Assembly: GCA_951406725.2 (NCBI GenBank)
Contig: OX597815.1
Location: 120,962,001-121,026,000 of the forward strand
DNA length: 64,000 bases
Direction: 5' to 3'
Source of the DNA: Octopus vulgaris
Taxonomy: Eukaryota
The position numbers and the translations under genes are program-made. Under the pieces are notes generated by a model, which was not told the DNA's origin, ran no database searches, and worked only from the letters and a program-made list of their open reading frames with translations. The stretch's first letter is position 1; each line of letters starts with the position of its first letter. Positions 1 to 12,322 of this stretch are shown piece by piece.

Positions 1-360
1 TGATGAATTATTACAGCTAATTAACTTTTAGCAGAATAAGTGTACAATTTCAGATGTTTATACCATACACCTAGATCATTTTGAATACCCTCTCAACTTT
101 TCTAAGTTTGATGAATAAACAATAGATTACGATTCACTACGGAGGTTTAAAAAACTGAAGCATGACTGGAATTGTCACCATACTTAACTAAAAATCAAAC
201 TCCCTTCCACCTCCACTGCATCTCCCCATGGCAAAAATTATCATTAATGTTAATGAGTTTATTTTTCTATTATGAAAGTAATTTTAGCTGATTAAGAATT
301 ATTTCTTATTCGATACATTATATATTTATCATATACTTATATAATTAAGTAACAAAATAC

Positions 361-453
361 ACACATACATACACATATGCATATATACATACATGCATGC
401 ATACATACATACATACATACATACATACATACATACATACATACATACATACA

Positions 454-482
<29 letters not shown>
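361..482. repeat. (TACA)n microsatellite
   Basis: Near-perfect ATAC tandem array; explains the low-complexity ORFs at 337..612. Confidence 0.95.
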
Positions 483-484
<2 letters not shown>

Positions 485-489
485 GTATG

Positions 490-1240
490 AAGCTTAGCCT
501 CTTTTGGACACAAGAACACTACATCACATCACACTTTGAAAGCTATGTGTTTACAATCCAGGAACAGGAGATTGCCACAAATTACCTGGTGGACAAGAAG
601 GACAGTGATTAACAGCTGTCCTCAGATATCACAGTACTATCTCCCTATGCGGCATGAAGTTCTCGCTAAAACAATTTACAATGCCATCTGCAAAAAAGAC
701 TTCCCTGAAATAAACTTTAAAAATCTCTGTTATGAAATGCATTCATAAACACCAACTCAAGGAATCCTGGTGGAATATTCCCATCAAAACTTCTGTTGAA
801 TGTAAATATAACAGGCTGGATATTGTTGTTTGGGACAGAGGGGCAAAGGTATGTACCATCATAGAGGTCAGCTGCCCTGAAAATATAAATATCCCTTTGA
901 AAATCAAACAAAAAGAGGATATCTATGGATAACTGCTTTGAAACCTCCAGCTTCTATATCCAGACAATGAATTCATATTCATACCAAATTAATAATTGGA
1001 GCACTAGGTTTTGTTAGTAAATACTTAAAGAAGAATCTAGATAAACTGGGATTTTCAGAAATGGAAATTGACTGACTAATTCGTACATTACAAGTACAAT
1101 CTGTGAGTGGAACATTAAAAATATGCAAAACTTTTCTCAAGTTCCAAATGTGAGTTTGTCTGTATTAACTACATCCCAAAGATGGAACCTTGTATCTTTG
1201 TTGGAAACCAGCTCCCTCCTCAGTGGAAGATTTATAATAA
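490..1240 (+). mobile_element. 5'-truncated, degenerate non-LTR retrotransposon with restriction-like endonuclease (RLE; R4/NeSL-like)
   Basis: ORF 732..932 WWNIPIKT..KYNRLDIVVWDR..KVCTIIEVSCPENINI..KIKQKEDIY matches the RLE (R)PD..E..K layout; RHEVLAKTIY upstream and IIGALG downstream; frameshifted. Confidence 0.85.
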
Positions 1241-1271
1241 TTAGACAATAGAAGCAACACATACATACATG

Positions 1272-1503
1272 TGAAAAAGAGAACACTGCTGAACTATTGA
1301 GAAATCTGCCTCTATCCAGATTACAAGTTCAGATTTATACCTGTAATTGGGGCACTGGGATATCTAACACACTGCCTAATACCAATCTTGAGGAATTAGG
1401 CTTCTCAAAATACAAAAAGGAGTAAGCTAATTTGAAGACTACAGATCCAATCCATCACTGGAACTGTAAAAATCTGTAAAACTTTCCAGAAGTTTATCAA
1501 TTA
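1272..1503 (+). mobile_element. Second short 3' fragment of the same RLE family
   Basis: Parallels 920-1150 (LYPD, IG ALG, IQSITGTVKICKTFQKF); flanked by TACA repeats. Confidence 0.7.
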
Positions 1504-1652
1504 AATATAAATGAGTAAGTCTAAATATGCAACTATATGCATGAGAATACATACATAAAGCAAAACATACGTAAATAAGTACATACATGCATACATACTC
1601 TTATTACATTATTTATATTTAACGGATATTTGTCCTCATCTTGTTTGTTGTT

Positions 1653-1698
1653 AACACAATGTTTTGACTGATATACCCTTCAGCCTTCATCAGGTGTC
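1653..1698 (-). ncRNA. Degenerate minimal type I hammerhead ribozyme
   Basis: Reverse complement gacac-CTGATGA-a-ggctga..tcagtc-AAAA-ca-TT-gtgtt; stems I and II pair; GAAA has mutated to AAAA. Confidence 0.6.
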
Positions 1699-1760
1699 TT
1701 GGGGAAATTTCGAACCTGGTTTCTCATTTCGAAGGTATTTTTCGATGTTGTTGTTATTAT

Positions 1761-1817
1761 TGAACTTGAAATCTTGGAGTTAGTAGCCCATGCTCTTAAC
1801 CACTATGCCATATGCCC
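1761..1817 (-). promoter_or_regulatory. tRNA-like segment (Pol III A box, partial B box) inside the PLE 3' region
   Basis: Reverse complement GGGCATA-TGGCATAGTGG-TTAAGAGCA-TGGG-CTACTAA-CTCCA-AGATTTCAA-GTTCAA: A box, anticodon-like arm, truncated B box. Confidence 0.65.
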
Positions 1818-3128
1818 ATGGGCAATTATGGAATGAATTTTAGGGCTTATAAATCTATTATTCTCCTATCCTTCCTTAATACCAGTTCCCGTATGCTATT
1901 CATATCTGCACTCGGTCTGCTTAGGAGGTTGTTGTGTCCTAGCATATGTGCTGCTTCTTTTAGTTATCGTATTTTCCAGTGGTGTCCTCTGTATATTATT
2001 TTAACTTCATCCCACAGTGGGAGGTGGTCTCCATTTTTCCATACATGATCAGCTATACCTGATTTATCAATATCTCCCCTTGTCACAGCTTTGCGATGTT
2101 CCTCTACCCTTATTTTGAGTGGGTAGCGTGTTTCGCCTCTGTATAACCTACCACAGCTAATTTTTTTTATTAGTTTCTAACATCTTAATTTGGCTCATCA
2201 AAGTTCTTAAACTCATATTCAATGTTTCTGGAACTTCACATTCTCATTTTCAAGAACTGAATATATTTGACATCTGATATACTGTTTGTTTCTGGTATAC
2301 TGTTTGGATATATATATTTGTTTCTGCTATAGTATTTGGGTTGATGTAAACTTTTCTGCAAAAGGTTTTCTCATTCTTAGCCTTCAGTATCAGCAGTCTT
2401 GTAATGATTTATTTTGTTATCATCAAAGATATTGCATACCAAAAGCTACGTGGTAGTTTATTTTTATGTGTATGTTATCTGTGTGTTTTATTTTGGCATT
2501 GTTTTATAATATGAGCATGGCTTCTTTGATTAATCTCCAATTTTGAAAAGGAATTTTATAGATTATGCAAACGTTGTTCACTTGTATTTTTCTATATAAC
2601 TTTGCTTTGTAGTATGTAGTAGAGTGTTTTATGGAAAAGTCTACATGAATTCAGATAGTATATAAAAACAATACTAATGCCAAAACTATTCAGTGCTCCA
2701 AAAATGAGACTGAAGGTTTGGAAATTTTGAATATTAAATTAAGAACAGCATTGTTGCAACCAACTGCAAAAGACAAACAAGAAAATAGGAAGATTCTAAA
2801 ATAAAAAATAAAATTTGAACACAGCTGTGAGTTTAATGATACATGCATAAAAGAAAAACACACAGCTTCCATCTACCAAATCTTTTCACAAGGCTTTGGT
2901 TGACCCAAAGCTATAGTAGAAAACACTTGCACAAGGTACCATGCAGTAGGTTTTGGTTGATTCTCAACCAAAACTGTCTAACGAACAGGAACATGAAACT
3001 CTGAGTAACAGTTTTTGTGATGTCTTTGCAGCTTTATTAATAAAATTTATATACATATATATATAACATATATACATACATATATATATATAAATATATA
3101 TATATGTGTGTGTGTAAATATATATATA

Positions 3129-4205
3129 CTAGCAGTATCGCCCGGCGTTGCTCGGGTTTGTTTCGACCCGCTGGAATTGCAATTTTGAAAAGTAAAAATT
3201 TTGTGAACATTTTTCTGGTCGAAATACACCGAAAAGTGGCGACACAGCAGTGAAAAAATCGTAAAAAATAGGGATTTTCATAGAAAAAAGCATCTTTTTG
3301 ATGTAAATAATTTTTGGTGTTAACATGGTCCGATTTGAATTTTATGTTCTACGGAAGGAAGAGCAACCCTTCTTCTACCATACTCTCAATTTTGGTCAAC
3401 TTGCGCCGCAGGGTCTCGGAGGAGATAGTGTTAGTTGAAGGTTACCATTCTAGGTGCCTGAGTAACAACCTCGCGGATTTACAGATAAATTAATTAATTA
3501 CTATTTTACAGAATAAAATTAAATAATTCTTGAAAATTAATTAATATTAATATTTTTTGAACAAAGTAAATAATTTTTAAAACTTAAATAATAATTTTTT
3601 TTACACAAACGCGAACGGGGAAAAGGGGGTGGCGAATTCGATTTACATACCTAAATTTTTTCTTTTTCATGACATTGTAGCAAAATAGTAGTGAATTATA
3701 TAAATACCAGCAGTACATTTTTTTTTCTGGGGTATTTTTTTTCAACCTCGTCACATATTTGCCCCTTTCAATTTAAACAAAGTCTTAATTAAGCAATTAC
3801 GGCAGCTTAGCAATGGTTTCAATACAGGCGTGACATCTGTATCTCAATTGTTCAAAACCCTTCGAATTTTTTCGCACGTGATGATATCATAGTGAAAACT
3901 TTCAATTACGCGCGCTTAGAAGTACGCTCGCAAATTAATACTACCAAAAATTTGAAGTTCGCGCTCCGCTTGTGTGTGTGTGTGTGTGCGTGCTTTAGGT
4001 GTACGTAGGTATGTGTTTTTGTGTGTGTGTGTCACTGAAGCCATACATACATAACCTCTCTCTCTCTTTTCTCTCTCAGTCACTCACTACAAAAAGTGAA
4101 TAAAAAAAGTTCAGTTATTTCTGTCTTTCACTCTGTCTGTCTCTTTACACACACTAACAAAAGCACTTCACTTACACACCACACTTTCTGTGTCGCACAA
4201 CCCAT

Positions 4206-4244
<39 letters not shown>

Positions 4245-4786
4245 GCACGCACACATGTACATCAATACTTTCGGAGTGAAATGTTAAAATATTGAGTTTT
4301 CTCGAATTTTGTCTTAATTGGGGGTGAAATTGAAAGAAATATATTATGGCATGACCGAATGGAGTACTTTGAAAAATCTTAGGTAAACTCTAATTGAAGA
4401 AATTGTGTGAGGAGTAAATCGTTATGTATTTATTTGTTTCTGTTTGCTGTGTTTTTTTATTTTTTGAGTAGTGGTTTAAATACTTTCAGTTTAGTCTTCC
4501 TCAAATCACTCTGTCGCTATTTACTTTCATTTTATTCGTTGCACACTGTGTGTGTGCGTGTGCGTGTGGTGTAAACCACATTAAGAAAAGCATTTGACAT
4601 ACACACCAGAATGTGAGTTTTCTGTAAATTTTGCTTAATTGGAGTTTAAATTTTAAAAATTGGACCTGGCATGACCCGATGCATTCTACTCTTAAAAATG
4701 CTAGGTAAATTGTAATTGAAGAAATCCTATATTGTAGATTTCTATAAGTTACAAAGGGAGGCAGATAAAATCTGCCTTTTATAATA

Positions 4787-4789
<3 letters not shown>
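3129..4789 (-). mobile_element. Non-autonomous Helitron
   Basis: Minus strand starts A|TCTTATTATAAAAGG at 4789 and ends with hairpin CCCGAGCAACGCCGGG then CTAG|T at 3129; inserted in (TA)n; internal ~115-bp duplication 4294-4405 vs 4615-4725. Confidence 0.85.
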
Positions 4790-4849
<60 letters not shown>

Positions 4850-5067
4850 TATGTACATAAGAATTTTTTGCATAATAAGATAAAAAACCAAGGCTATGAA
4901 CTATATTATAAGACCTCACCTTCCTGAGTGTCAAACTAATACACCTGCTTGTTGTTTATACACATGTCTTTGTCTTTTGTTTTTCTGTAAATTTCAAGTA
5001 TGTATATATATATATATATATACATACATGCATATATACATGCATACATACACTCATGCATACATGC

Positions 5068-5109
<42 letters not shown>

Positions 5110-5113
<4 letters not shown>

Positions 5114-5116
5114 ATG

Positions 5117-5192
<76 letters not shown>
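5110..5192. repeat. (GATA)n microsatellite following (TA)n
   Basis: Direct tandem array. Confidence 0.95.
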
Positions 5193-5621
5193 GTATAACA
5201 TTATAACATTTGAACAGAAATGGGTTAAAGGTTCTCTACAGCTCTTTCAGGTGCATTTTTTATTGATGAATAATTTGATTACATCGTGAAAAAGCTGTTT
5301 TCTTCCGGAGAATTAAAAATTTTAATTTGGTTCAGCAACAATGAAGAGAGTGGAGCCGTATTGAGATCTAACCAGATTTTGTATGCCTTTGGGTCATAAA
5401 AAAAAATCAGCAGACAATGTCACATTAAATTATTTCTTTAAACAGATCACCAGAGATAAAAGATAAGAGGAAGCCGGAGAAAAAGACATAAGGAGGGGAA
5501 AGAAGAGAGCTAGATTAAGAGTAATCAGGATAATGTGCTGAAAGAAAAATTACAGCTAACCCCTGACAATTAAACTAGAACATTTATGGTGTATTTATGC
5601 ACACACACATATATTTATATA

Positions 5622-5985
5622 TTATTACCTCCACCTTAGTGAAGGTGGAGGTATTGTTTTCAGTCATGTTTGTTTATTTGTTTGTCTGTGGACAAGAACT
5701 ACTGGATGGATTTGGATGAAACTTTCAGGGATGTTTGACCTTGTGACTGGCACGAACTGATTAGATTTTAGGACCGATTCAGTACCAGACAAGGATTCTG
5801 TCTGGTACTGGATTTTTTTTTTACTTAACTTTTAATATCAATTGGGTTCATTTTTAGTATTCTCATTTGTGAAAGCAGCCGAGTTTATTTCAGATATTCT
5901 CATTTTAAAAATCATCTCTGGTTAATCATTGAGAAGACATTGGTGTTGCCTTGGTGGAGGTTTTCACTCTCTGAGTGCTCTTATA
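5622..5985 (+). mobile_element. DINE-1/HINE-like (Helentron-derived) non-autonomous element
   Basis: 5' ACCTCCACC with adjacent inverted GGTGGAGGT, TTTG/TCTG microsatellite, second GGTGGAGGT near the 3' end, then stem-loop CACTC-TCT-GAGTG and T-rich flank. Confidence 0.7.
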
Positions 5986-5989
5986 ATTA

Positions 5990-6338
5990 TTATTACATTA
6001 AAGGGCTGTTACTATAAGTAAATCCTCATGCTGGAAAGGGGCACTAAAGTCAAACTACTAAAGCAAATATACACATGCACTGAAGTCAAGGAAATAAAGA
6101 AAGAGCAAAGAACATTTGCTCGATTTCAGAGCATCTGTATATTTGATATAGTAGTTTGACTTTAGCTTCCCTTTCTAACACATGGCTTTACTTATAGTAA
6201 CAGCCCTTAATGTAATAATGTAATTTTAAAAACTTATATATGTAGTATTAATTTTTTTACCTTAATTCGTTTTACACACTGGTCATTTCATAAAAATCTT
6301 TTATAGATTTTATCCTTATATTTAATTGATATATATAT
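5990..6338. repeat. Fold-back element: ~100-bp inverted arms (5990-6090 / 6119-6219) plus unique tail ending in (TA)n
   Basis: ttacattaaagggctgttactataagtaaa... is mirrored by ...tttacttatagtaacagcccttaatgtaa. Confidence 0.8.
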
Positions 6339-6339
6339 A

Positions 6340-6767
6340 CAGATTTGCTTGTCAGTTGTTTGACCATAACCAGTTGACCTTGTCTCTTAGTGGCTGACAA
6401 TATGTGCATCTCTGATCACAAGCAGAAATAGTGGGGGAGCATCATAGCCATGTGTTGAAAGGAATTCTTGGTGGTTTGGATAATTCACCTTTGGAAACAT
6501 GGGTGGTTCATTCAACATCTTTAAACAATCCTTATTTAGGGACCTTTTGAGCAGGATGGGCTACTCGACTAGAAGAAAATTTTAACTGGGTCCCACCTAC
6601 AAGGTCATGCGCTGTTTATCTTGTTATGTGATCACCATGTCGCGCACATATGGTTGTGGTGCATGTGCCAAGCATACCCTTACCAGACGGGTAGTCATGA
6701 TGGGTATACTGGGCTTCGTATATTTTACCCCAGTGTCACTTTGATGACATGCACTGCTCTCTCACTC

Positions 6768-6812
<45 letters not shown>

Positions 6813-6829
6813 TATAATAATAATGATAA
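6340..6829 (+). mobile_element. Retroposon 3' end with (AAT)n tail (LINE 3' UTR or SINE)
   Basis: GC-richer block ending ctctctcactc then (AAT)n; no ORF recognised. Confidence 0.45.
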
Positions 6830-8787
6830 CTAGCTGGACCTGTCAAAAATTCACAGAAAATATTAAAAATATAAGCACCTATAAATTGTGTCCTAGTGCC
6901 ATGAGAAATGTTTCTATATTGTGACAATTAAAGTAGCAAGCTGGCAGAATCGTTAGCACGCCAGGTGAAATGCTTAGTGGTATTTTGTCTGTTTTTACGT
7001 TCTGAGTTCAAATTCTGCCAAGGTCGACTTTGCCTTTCATCCTTTCGGGGTCAATAAATTAAGTACCAGTTGTGTACTGGGGTCGATCTAATTGACTGGC
7101 CCTCTCCCCACAATAGTTTCAGGACTTGTGCCTATAGAAGAAAAGTATGTTGCGACAGTTACAGAATATAGAAAGGAGGGTATAAACGATAACTATATAA
7201 TCCAACCAAAATAACTCAGTTATGCAAATGTAAACAGAATTACTATTTAGCCTTAAAATACATCGTACATATTCAGAGAACCCTCTTGATTTAGTAGTAT
7301 GGAACGTTTTTCTTGTGTTCTTTTATTCTTTTTCTTGTTTCACTCATTTTACAGTGGCCATGCTGGAGCACCACCCTTTAGTCAAAGAAATTGACACCTG
7401 GACTTATTCCCTGTAAGCCTGTTGCTTATTCTATCAGTCTCTTCAGTTGAACAGCTAAGTTACAGGGACGCAAACACACCTACATCGGTTGTCAAGCAAT
7501 GGTGGTGGGAGGAGCAAACACAGACACATTCATATATATGTGTGTGTATGTGTTTATGTGTGTGCGTATGTGTTTATGTGTCTTTTAGTTTTTGTTTACT
7601 TATACACATCAACAAATGAGCCAATTGAACAACTCTGTGTGGTTGTTCCATTTGCAAGAAATAATAACCAAATATCTCTCTTGTTAGTATCAAGGAAAGG
7701 AGAAAATAGATTTGATATTTTTGATTTTGTTTGGCTTTATAAATTTAATTTTTTTTAAATTCTATCGTCCATTATTTGATACAAGAAAAAAGAAACTGGA
7801 AAAATCCTGATCAAAACAGGGAAACTGTAACTTAACAAAAAATATAGAAATAAATTAAGTACTAGTTGCGTACAGGGGTCGATCTAATTGACTGCCCCCC
7901 CCCCCGAAAAATTTTAGGACTTGTGCCTATAATAGAAAAGTATATTGCGACCAGGGGATGGTGTAACATTGGCTCCAAATGAGGTGAATGAATACATTGA
8001 ATTATAGTTTCTGATGTTCTGTCCAAAGTTCATTCCTTTAATGTTGGTATTTTCCCAAAAGTTGGTTTAATTAGGCAAGAAAACCTTACCATTATGGCAG
8101 CAATTAAATGCTTCCTGTGGAAATCTATGTGCTTGACAGTGCGAGCATACTACGTTCACCTCACTAATCATAAATTGAGAATTTTGTTGTTCTTTTATTA
8201 TATTCCATCTTATTTGAGTTCTGTCTGTCATAAAATAATTCTGTGTTTCATCTTCTTCCATAATTTACCTTCTTTCTTGAACTCTGTTTCTCATATTTTC
8301 TAAGTACAGCTGCTTTTGCTCTTGACTCATGTGTTCTCGATTCTGTTGATCTCTATCTCTCTTATTTTGAAAATACACTTCTCTTTAGTCCTGGCTCATT
8401 TGTTCTATCCTTTGCTGATTTCTTTCCCTCCTATGTCGTAGGATATGCTCCCTCTCCTCTTGGTTTATTTAATTTCTTTGTCTCATTCTCACACGATTTT
8501 GATTCCTTATTTCCTCCTGCTGTTCCTCATGCAACCATTCTCTCCTTCTACACTAACGCCCTTATGCTGTGTCCCTCATGCAATTATCCATATTTTAAAA
8601 CTTGTTATTAAAACAATAAATCTCCAAAATGATTCAGAGTGTTTCAATTGATAGGAATGTATTAGACAGTTTTTGTTTAAAAGGTGAAAATATTTCTGAA
8701 ATAGTCACCTAATATGCAAGGACAAAGTATATAGGATATGGTAATTAATTATATTGTAGGAAAGTAAAACTATTCTGCCAGCTCGCC

Positions 8788-8790
<3 letters not shown>
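6830..8790 (-). mobile_element. Degenerate, internally deleted Helitron with RepHel N-terminal zinc-finger remnant; contains SINE insertions
   Basis: CTAG at 6830-6833 preceded on the minus strand by hairpin CTGTG..ACAG; ORF 8067..8261 VCSHCQAHRFPQEAFNCCHNGKVFLP fits the Helitron CxxC..E..CC..GKV motif; flanked by (AAT)n on both sides. Confidence 0.7.
6932..7145 (+). mobile_element. tRNA-derived SINE, family A
   Basis: A box tggcagaatcg, B box gagttcaaatt, body gtcgactttgcctttcatcctttcgggg..aagtaccagttg; recurs in many places in the window. Confidence 0.8.
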
Positions 8791-8862
<72 letters not shown>

Positions 8863-8940
8863 TAATAATAATAGTCTCTTGAGGTCACTGGGTGAGACTT
8901 GGAGCCAACTTGTACAAACATAAAGCAAAAGTCAAACATA

Positions 8941-8988
<48 letters not shown>

Positions 8989-8989
8989 T

Positions 8990-9198
8990 AATGGTTTCAA
9001 ATTTTGGCACAAGGCCAGCAAGTTTAGAGGCCGGTTTAAGTCGATTATCTCAACCCCAGTGTTCAACTGGTACTTTATTTTATTGACCCCTAAAGAATGA
9101 AAGGCAAAGTTGACCTCGGAAGAATTTGAATGTAAAGATGGATGAAATGCTAAGCATTTTGCCCAGCATGCTTATGATTTTACCAGCTTGCCACCTTA
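8990..9198 (-). mobile_element. SINE family A copy
   Basis: Reverse complement of the family A body (gaaaggcaaagttgacctcgg, actggtact), in (AAT)n. Confidence 0.7.
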
Positions 9199-9231
9199 AT
9201 AATGATAACAATGAGGATAATAATAATGATG

Positions 9232-9298
<67 letters not shown>

Positions 9299-9304
9299 TG
9301 ATGA

Positions 9305-9470
9305 TGCTCAGCTTCTAATGCTGGAGATGTACTATGGTGTCAGCTGTTCACTACCAGCTAACTAAGGTAACACCTCTTAGAAAGTTCTCGAAAAATAAGA
9401 GGTGTTACCTTTGTTCACTGGTAGTGAACAGCTGACACCATAGTACATCTCCAGCATTAGACGCTGCGCA
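9305..9470. repeat. Near-perfect palindrome (75-bp arms 9305-9379 / 9396-9470) within (AAT)n
   Basis: ctaatgctggagatgtactatggtgtcagctgttcactaccag is mirrored by ctggtagtgaacagctgacaccatagtacatctccagcattag. Confidence 0.9.
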
Positions 9471-9482
9471 AAGGCAATGATG

Positions 9483-9517
<35 letters not shown>

Positions 9518-10402
9518 TATAATAATAATTTAGTTGAAACAAAATTTCCTCAGTAAACATTTGACCACCAATAACCAGAGGTTATTGATGAGATAAAATA
9601 AGTTGTTTCTTGAATGGCAACATGAAGTAAAAGGTTGCTTTTATCAAATACAGATGTCATTTTGTTGGACAATTTTCATTGTCTTCAGAAAGTCTTTATG
9701 AAGTATAATGCTGAACTTTTAAAATAAACTTTATTTTGAAAGATTATTTTAAAAGTTTAATTAAATTATCTTTTATCATATAAACATTTTATCATTATAT
9801 TTTTTTAAATATCTCCTACTTCACACAAAAGAAACTAGATTGAATGTAGCAAGTCTATTTGAACAGGAAATTATTAAAGTAGACAGAATTATTCTTAAAA
9901 TGAAATCAATAATGTTTCAAAAATTCCATTTAGAGTTATCAAGAATTCTGCTTAGAGTTATCTATTATTTGACTCATACTTCAAGAAGTGCAAATTTGAA
10001 AGTTTGAAAATTTGTTAATGTTTTTGTAATCTAATTATCTGACACAGTATCTCTTTACTTTCTGAAAGACAGCAGACTATTTGTGTGATCTACTATCTAT
10101 TCTCTTCCTATAAATTACTGCTTTCAGTTGTTGCTGAAATGTGAAAGGCTACTGCTATAATATATAACCTAAAAAAATCAAAAAATATTACCTGGGAATC
10201 ATGGATCTCTATGTAAATCTTATTTGTAAATGTTATTTTTAAACTGCTGTATCTAATTATAAGGACCTGATATCAGCTTCTTTAAGGTTGAGCAATATTG
10301 TTTATGGAATATGTTTATGGAATGCTTGGAAAGAGTAAAAGCAAGAATGGATATGTGACAAAATAGATGGATGGATATGTGACAGAATAAATTGTGGAAC
10401 AA

Positions 10403-10403
10403 C

Positions 10404-10483
<80 letters not shown>

Positions 10484-10484
10484 T

Positions 10485-10515
<31 letters not shown>
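10403..10515. repeat. (CAT/CAC/CAA)n compound microsatellite, probable tail of a minus-strand RTE-type 3' end (10520-10660)
   Basis: Triplet array followed by tttcccatgttggcatgagttg..gatgcccttcctaa, which also occurs at 33775-33905 and 53650-53775. Confidence 0.8.
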
Positions 10516-10516
<1 letters not shown>

Positions 10517-11039
10517 TAAAACTACCCTTTTCCCATGTTGGCATGAGTTGTACTGTTTGACAGGACCCAATGAGCCAGAGAACTGAACCAAGTTTCAATG
10601 TCTGCTTTGATATAGTTTCTACAACTAGATGCCCTTCCTAATCCCCAACTACTTAATAATTCACAAGACAAGATCCCTTGAATGACTGGGTTTTAATAAA
10701 GAAGGTGAAAGTATGAGATAGTGGATGGATAGGTAAGCTTGCATGAGTGTGAAAAGAGTGGCAGATGATTAGAGATGGGGGTCGATGTGGACACAGTGAA
10801 TATCAGTTTGGGGAGAGAGAGGAAGTGAAGGAAATGAGAGTGAGTTAGGGAGGAGGTGATAAAGAACAATAAGATGTGTAGGAGGATAAATGGTATCATT
10901 TATAGCACTTGAGTGAGTAGTATTACAGTTAGAAAAATTATGGGGTGGGTGTAAGATGAGTTGTGGGGGAGAGCTTGACAGGACCTTATTTTTCCTGAGA
11001 TGGATGGAAGTTCTCAAGCACTGTATATTGCCAGTCATC

Positions 11040-11680
11040 TCAGTCCTTTGTTATCTCTTCCATGAGGCTTAACATTGTAAGGTCAGTCTTCACTATTTCT
11101 TCCCATGTCTTCCTGGATCTCCTTCTTCCAAAAATTCTATCCATGCTTAGTGATTGGCACTTATATATGCAGCCATCCTCATCCATCCACATTACTTGAC
11201 CATACCAGCTCAGCCTTCTTTCTAGTATACCACATCTGATACCTCTTATGCTCAACTTTTCTCTTAACACATTTGTATTTTGTTGTAAATATACACTGAT
11301 GCTGTACATTAAACAAATTATGCTGGCTTCATTTCTTTCTAGTTTTCCCAAGTCTTCTGCATGTACACCTGAGTTTTGCAACCACATAGCATTGTTGCTT
11401 ATAAATGAGTATCATCCAATCTGCCTTTTACTCTGAGGATTAAGCTTTTTGTTACCAGCAGAGGTCATAGCTCCCTGAACTTTCACCAGCCAGTTCTTAT
11501 GCAATTATACCTTCAGCACATCCATCTTCAACTACTGATTAGGTTTCCTAGGTAACATAATCTATCTCTCAGGATCTTCCTGAGCATTCCAGAAAATCTA
11601 TTTCCCATGTGATCTTAGTCTTTATTGTAGCTATGCATCTGCCTCAAAGTCTACTTTCTCTGTTAGCTTAAGATATGCCT
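11040..11680 (-). mobile_element. RTE-clade LINE fragment (C-terminal to RT)
   Basis: ORF 11040..11387 LREKLSIRGI..ERRLSWYGQVMWMDED..GRRRSRKTWEEIVKTDL is typical of the RTE ORF C-terminus. Confidence 0.8.
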
Positions 11681-12099
11681 AAATTAATTAGCTGCACAGT
11701 GACCTAATAAAGATCTGACTTAGAATAATGCAATCTTTATTCATTTCTCATGTGTAGATTAACTAAAATGTCTTGCTAAAGTTGCTTAATTTAATTAAAT
11801 ATTTTCATTGAAGAATATCTATTGATTTCTAACTTTGGCGCAAGACCACACATTTTGTGGCATGGTCAGAATAGATGATATCAAATACTGTATAGGACTG
11901 GTATTCATCTTATCAACCCCAGAAGGAAGAAAGACAAATTTGAACTCGGAACATAAAGTGATGTAGCTAAATACCACATATTTACCTTACAATATTTTTT
12001 TCTCTGAATCTTCCCCTCCAAGTATATTGATATAGAAACAAAAGACATTACTAAATACTGATTGACACTGAATTTTGTTTATCACTTCAAAAACGTTGA

Positions 12100-12322
12100 G
12101 TCTCTTTGATAGCAGCTCATCGAAGACCACCCTTTTTCCTTGATGCAAATTTCATGTTTTAAAGTGATCTAAATGAAAACATTTTCATCAAAATTTACTA
12201 TTGATATTCCAAACACCAGCTTAATAATGACACAGTTATTTTACCAAATTCTTCTCCATTTTCCAAATTAATTGAAACAAAGGCAGTGTATTTCAACAGA
12301 AATACAGTAACAAAAGGATTAA
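12100..12322 (+). mobile_element. Degraded copy of the piggyBac-like MITE
   Basis: 3' half agttattttaccaaattc..aattgaaa..aaatacagtaacaaaaggattaa aligns by eye with 14115-14202. Confidence 0.55.

Larger units (their letters stand above)
1620..2158 (-). mobile_element. Penelope-like element (PLE) 3' fragment: GIY-YIG C-terminus plus pLTR
   Basis: Minus-strand translation from 2158: SCGRLYRGETRYPLKIRVEEHRKAV..KSGIADHVW..WDEVKII..R*LKEA, typical of PLE GIY-YIG; followed by tRNA-like and HHR-like segments. Confidence 0.85.

Noticed and set aside
10302-10598. Poly-His/Gln and poly-Met ORFs
   Set aside because: They arise from the (CAT)n tail of an RTE-type repeat.
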